40,752 nt of DNA from the NCBI GenBank assembly GCA_032718475.1, contig JAUCBJ010004989.1, positions 1 through 40,752 on the forward strand, read 5' to 3'. Under the pieces are notes generated by a model. That model saw only the letters and a list, made by a program, of their open reading frames with translations. It was not told where the DNA came from and ran no database searches. Below, piece by piece: positions 36,513-40,752 of the stretch (positions are counted from its first letter, which is position 1; each line of letters begins with the position of its first letter). Origin of the DNA: Nemertoderma westbladi (taxonomy: Eukaryota; Animalia; Xenacoelomorpha). The translations under genes and the position numbers were made by a program.

Positions 36513-38311
36513 AATTGACCAATCAGATTGATTTGCACATTATCTAATTATAGCAGCTCTGTCCACGTTTTTCAAAAAATTTCAGAAGGTTTTTATGGAT
36601 TATTATTGTTATTATTATTATCCCATACTTACTGTGGCCAACCGAAGTTGTCGAAATAGGCCTAGTTCAATAATATGGGGCGAGCCACGAAGTCTGAGAG
36701 CTGAGCCTTACAGCCTTAGCATCAATATTGGAACGTCAATATTCTAACTCATTCATTACAGTATAAAGTTAATTATAATAACTACCTATTGTACTGTGAG
36801 GGAAATATAATATGCTTTATTCAGTTATTTACCGTTCATCCCGAGGTCTGTTATTCTGTTATTAAACGACCGAGCCCTATTATCATACTGTAAGTCTATA
36901 AGGGGGGCAATCCGCGCGGGGGGTAGATACGCCTAGGACACCGGCAGCATTCTTAATGCAGCTGCTTCCAGCATGCCCATTATAGATAGATAATTGAAAC
37001 CTGAAAAAGGTGGACAGTTCAATCACTAATAAATAGCATTGCTTTAATACGTTTCTGATTGGTCAGTCTATTATCTATGTTTTTTGTGCATGTGTCCAGT
37101 CCACCTTTTTCGAACACACATCTTATTCCCAATTATGTAACTAAGAAAGCGAAACTTGAAAAAGGTGGACAGACCAATTGCTACAAACTGTTTTGCATAA
37201 TACGTTTCTGATTGGTCTGTCCGTTGTCCATGTTTTCTGTGTCCAGTCCACCTTTTTCAAACACCCGTTAGGTTTTAGGGTTAGGGTTGCGATACATACC
37301 TGTATGTTGAGCTTGAGCATGTTAATATGTTTGTTTATGTTACTTTTGTTTGTTTTGTTTGGGTTTTTTGATGGCCCTAGTGGCTGAGTACTATTTTGGG
37401 CTTATTGTTAGTTTGTTGGGGTGTAAGGTTAGACTTACTGTAAGTGTTACCTCTTTATTTAATATATATATATAATGTATAACAAGTTACCGTTAGTTAG
37501 TATTTCGCTACTTTAAAATATCCAATATTTCGTGATACACAAAGGGTAGTAGTTACAAAATAGATTCTAGAAGACCCAAATGGCCATGTTTTACGAAACC
37601 AATACTCACGATTGTAGCCCTAATGCGGAATATTTTGGTATATGTTTTGAGTTAAACATAAAATTTAGTGGGGAATTTAGTGATTTTTTTGTGATTAGTG
37701 AGGGTTGTTTTATACAGAGTCATGAATATATCCCTAACTATACTGTTGTTGTAAATTGCAGTTTTGTGGTGAAAAAATCATTCAAAGGTGAAAACCGATG
37801 TCACCACATGAAAGCCCTTCTATCAAACTACAAAAACTACAGTATATAAAAAATTGTATTAATTTGTATTAATTGTGTTAAATTGTAATTAATTTTGTAA
37901 ATTTTCGAAAATGGGTGTAATGGTCACCTTAAGTTTGAAACTTCTTTGTCAATTCATCATCTGATTTCATCAACATTTTCATCAAAAAGATGTTTCAACT
38001 ATATAAATGTCTGTACGCCACCTTGAGGCCATTTTAGGTCTTGTAATTTATGAAGTTGTTGGGAGTGAGCTGTTTACCATCTTCCATTTTATGTTTGCGT
38101 TCAATCTTTAACTAACTTTAACTAACCTAATATTTGCCCCCATCGATTCTGCGCCAGTCGCCCCAACTATTCTTTTGTGATAAACTATTTTAAAAACTAA
38201 TTTGTGGTTTGTTGGTCCTGAACTTGCCTTTCTTGAGCCGCGTCATACAGGACACTGGCCTTGTAGATGCGGATATGTCTCGCGAAAGTCATGGTGATAG
38301 GGAGTTGTGGC

Positions 38312-39512
38312 GTGTGTTCGGGACACTTCCCCCCCCCCCCCCCGGACACTCCTCCCCCGACTGTTCTTAACTTCGCACATTCGTATTTTTCAGTTTGTAA
38401 GGTAAACGGACCGCTTGTATCCAGATAAGTTGTATCCAATTTTCCTTTCGTAGCTCAGAAAGTGATCTTTTGCATCCCGATTTTACATTTTATGTCCAAG
38501 TTTTATTTATGGGTTTTATCAATGCAATTACATCGTATTGTTTGCTAATCTTTAAACAATTAATTAGATGACCTATAAATTCCATCCCCCGAATGATATA
38601 CTGTTTTTATTAACTATAGAATTATATAATAATTGTTTTAATTATAGGTATTATTATCTAATATAGTCTTCTTCAAATTGTAGCAGATGGGGATGAATAT
38701 TATTGTTGCAATCAAAACTATACCTCTCCAGGGTAAAATCGACATGCGTCGACCTGTATTCTGTGTTCAGCATTACATATTGATATACTACTATACATAC
38801 TATATAGATATTATACACACTACATATTAAATTTCCTGGTTACTTGCAATATTTTTAATAGGATTTTGTTGAATTATATAATATTGTAGTAATTTATATA
38901 TTAAATTGGTTAACATTCAATACAGCTCCTACTTTAGGCTTAGTCAATTTATTATCTGATGATACAACATGAATTACTGTAATTATTTCAAAATGGTCGT
39001 AAGTCTTTCACCACGGGCACTCAGGGAAATGCCGGGGTCTGGGGGCGATAACCTCCAAGAAAAGAAGCGGGGGTTTGGGGGCGGCAGCCCCCAAGAAAAG
39101 AAGCGGGGGTTTGGGGGCGGTAGCCCCCAACAAAAGAAGCGGGGGTTTGGGGGCTGCAGCCCCCAATTAAAAGAAATTAAAAGAATTAAAGGAATTAAAA
39201 GAAAAAACAAACAAAATTTGACTATAAAATTTTTTTTATAATTTTGAAAAAACTTGTCTAGATACAACTTGTCCTGTAACCATCTTTAACTTTTGTTTAT
39301 TGCTTTGATGCACCCAGATTAATTTTAACACTTTAACTGGGGGGGAAGTGTCCGGGGGCAAGTGTCCGGGGGGCAAGTGTCCGGGGGGCAAGTGTCCGGG
39401 GGGCAAGTGTCCTACTTGGGCGGGGGGGAAGTGTCCGGGGGGCAAGTGTCCGGGGGGCAAGTGTCCTACTTGGGCGGGGGGGAAGTGTCCGGGGGGGAAG
39501 TGTCCTAGATCC
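38312..39512. mobile_element. Mutator-like non-autonomous element
   Basis: TSD AGTTGTGGC at 38303-38311 and 39513-39521; inverted GGACACTTCCCCCC ends; 15-bp AAGTGTCCGGGGGGC array and 39-bp GGGGGTTTGGGGGCGGCAGCCCCCA repeats. Confidence 0.8.
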
Positions 39513-39601
39513 AGTTGTGGCGGTTCAACTTTGTTGATCACCGGCATAGCATTCTTAATGCACGCGCCGTATTGGGCTTGCCAATTGTGGATTGAATGGT
39601 G

Positions 39602-40493
39602 CAGTGGCGCAGCCATAGGGGGGGGGGGACACGTCTCTCCCACTTTTCAGTTAGGGGGGGACACCATATCATATGTCCCCGGCACTATTTACACTTTGTA
39701 TATTTAATTTAAAAGTCAAATAATCGTAACAAACTGTGATCGGTTATTACAGTATAACTATTAACTCCTACGTACATTTCAGTCCTTCCCATGAAATTCA
39801 ATGAAAAACAATTTCGTCATATATTGTTTTGGTTAGAATAACTAAAATAAATTAAATGATAATAAAATTTGTTCATTTCCTGTGTCGAGATATCAACTCG
39901 CCTTCGCTCTCAATCTACAAGAAGGGCTTTTTAAATCGGTATCTCTTTCAACATTTTTATCTTAGAGGGTTCGTTGGTAACGACGATGGGGAGATGTCGC
40001 TGTTGCTGGGAAACTAATTCTGTGTTGAGCAAAATTATATTTTGGAATCCATCATCGAGATCTTTCCTTCTCCACCAACGAATCACTTTTAAGTTTGAAG
40101 AATAATTGAGTTGTAATTGGTTCAAACGCCAATGTGAAGAATACCAAGTTTTCACTTTTCGGGTGAAATTTTATTGTAATTGCATATCTGAATAATTTGG
40201 ATTTTTTTTAATTTCTCATTAGGCCTATTAAGTATAATATGGCGCTTATTGCTATCTTTTAAACACTTTTTTCAAACGCTGTAGCTAAAGAATGAAACCA
40301 AAAATACAAATTCTGACTCACCTAGTGAGGAGGGAGGTGAAACTATCTATGTTTCAAATTTCATACAATCTAATTAAGATTTGTAAAAAAAAATTTGTGG
40401 GGGGGGGGGGGGGGTATGCAGGGTCTAAAATTATTTTATCGTCCCCCCCCCCCCCCCCCCCCCCCCACTTTTGGGAACGTGGCTGCGCCCCTG
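39602..40493. mobile_element. hAT-like non-autonomous element
   Basis: TIR CAG(T/G)GGCGCAGCCA; 8-bp TSD GAATGGTG at 39594-39601 and 40494-40501. Confidence 0.88.
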
Positions 40494-40752
40494 GAATGGT
40501 GGTGACAAAATGTTTTTGTTAATCTGGCATACAGTAGAATCTCAATGTGCAGTTTCAATGCTGCAGGCCGATTATAGTAGTAGTAGTAGTGAAAATACCT
40601 ACAAAATAATAAATACAATAATACAGACAGTATGCAGTGAAGCAGTCATCAATAAACCAATAGAGTATTCGAATAGTTTACATTGCACTACTAGATACAA
40701 GCGCACTGTACTCAACTTGTAAATTGTACTTTATAAACAATGATGTACAGAA

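Larger units (their letters stand above)
33631..37268. mobile_element. TIR element hosting nested insertions
   Basis: ~60-bp TIR ACGGGTGTTTGAAAAAGGTGGA..GGACACAGAAAACATGGACAA..AGACCAATCA; internal AAAAGGTGGAC repeats; TSD unclear. Confidence 0.75.
38200..40590 (+). mobile_element. RTE LINE 3' end and UTR split by two MITEs
   Basis: Segments 38200-38311, 39513-39601 and 40494-40590 join into the reverse complement of 2981-3240; (TAG)n tail. Confidence 0.8.

Noticed and set aside
33704-36518. Long ORFs of FSTLDIFQHSIF type
   Set aside because: Translations of 16-17-bp tandem arrays.
37268-37290. Telomeric TTAGGG repeats
   Set aside because: Only two or three imperfect units next to a TIR; not an array.
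39236-39707. Pro/Gly-rich or GKCPG-repeat proteins
   Set aside because: Translations of the 15-bp subterminal array of the Mutator-like element.

Overview
Eukaryotic (animal, probably invertebrate) genomic DNA dominated by nested transposable elements. One intact host gene is supported: a minus-strand TMEM87-family (GOST/Lung_7-TM_R) gene with three coding exons (12145-10596, 10005-9837, 9127-8906; 646 aa). Two full-span LTR retrotransposons have matching 5-bp TSDs. One is a decayed Ty3/Gypsy (Mag-like) element at 16127-22359. The other is a non-autonomous BEL/Pao element at 24137-33227 that lacks RT, RNase H and most of the integrase. The rest is RTE and CR1 LINE fragments, non-autonomous TIR elements (Mutator-, hAT- and Merlin-like) and minisatellites. 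The most notable signals are: (1) a degenerate DEDDy 3'-5' exonuclease-like ORF and three covarying bulged RNA hairpins in the BEL 3' region, in an element with no canonical tRNA PBS; (2) a bipartite fixed-spacer motif shared by unrelated MITEs; (3) abundant TA-flanked excision footprints (TAGGCCTA, TACCGGTA, TACAGTA/TACTGTA), shown by comparing paired repeats; (4) a satellite derived from a LINE 3' end; and (5) a foldback element inserted into a copy of itself. All calls were made by eye, with no database searches.
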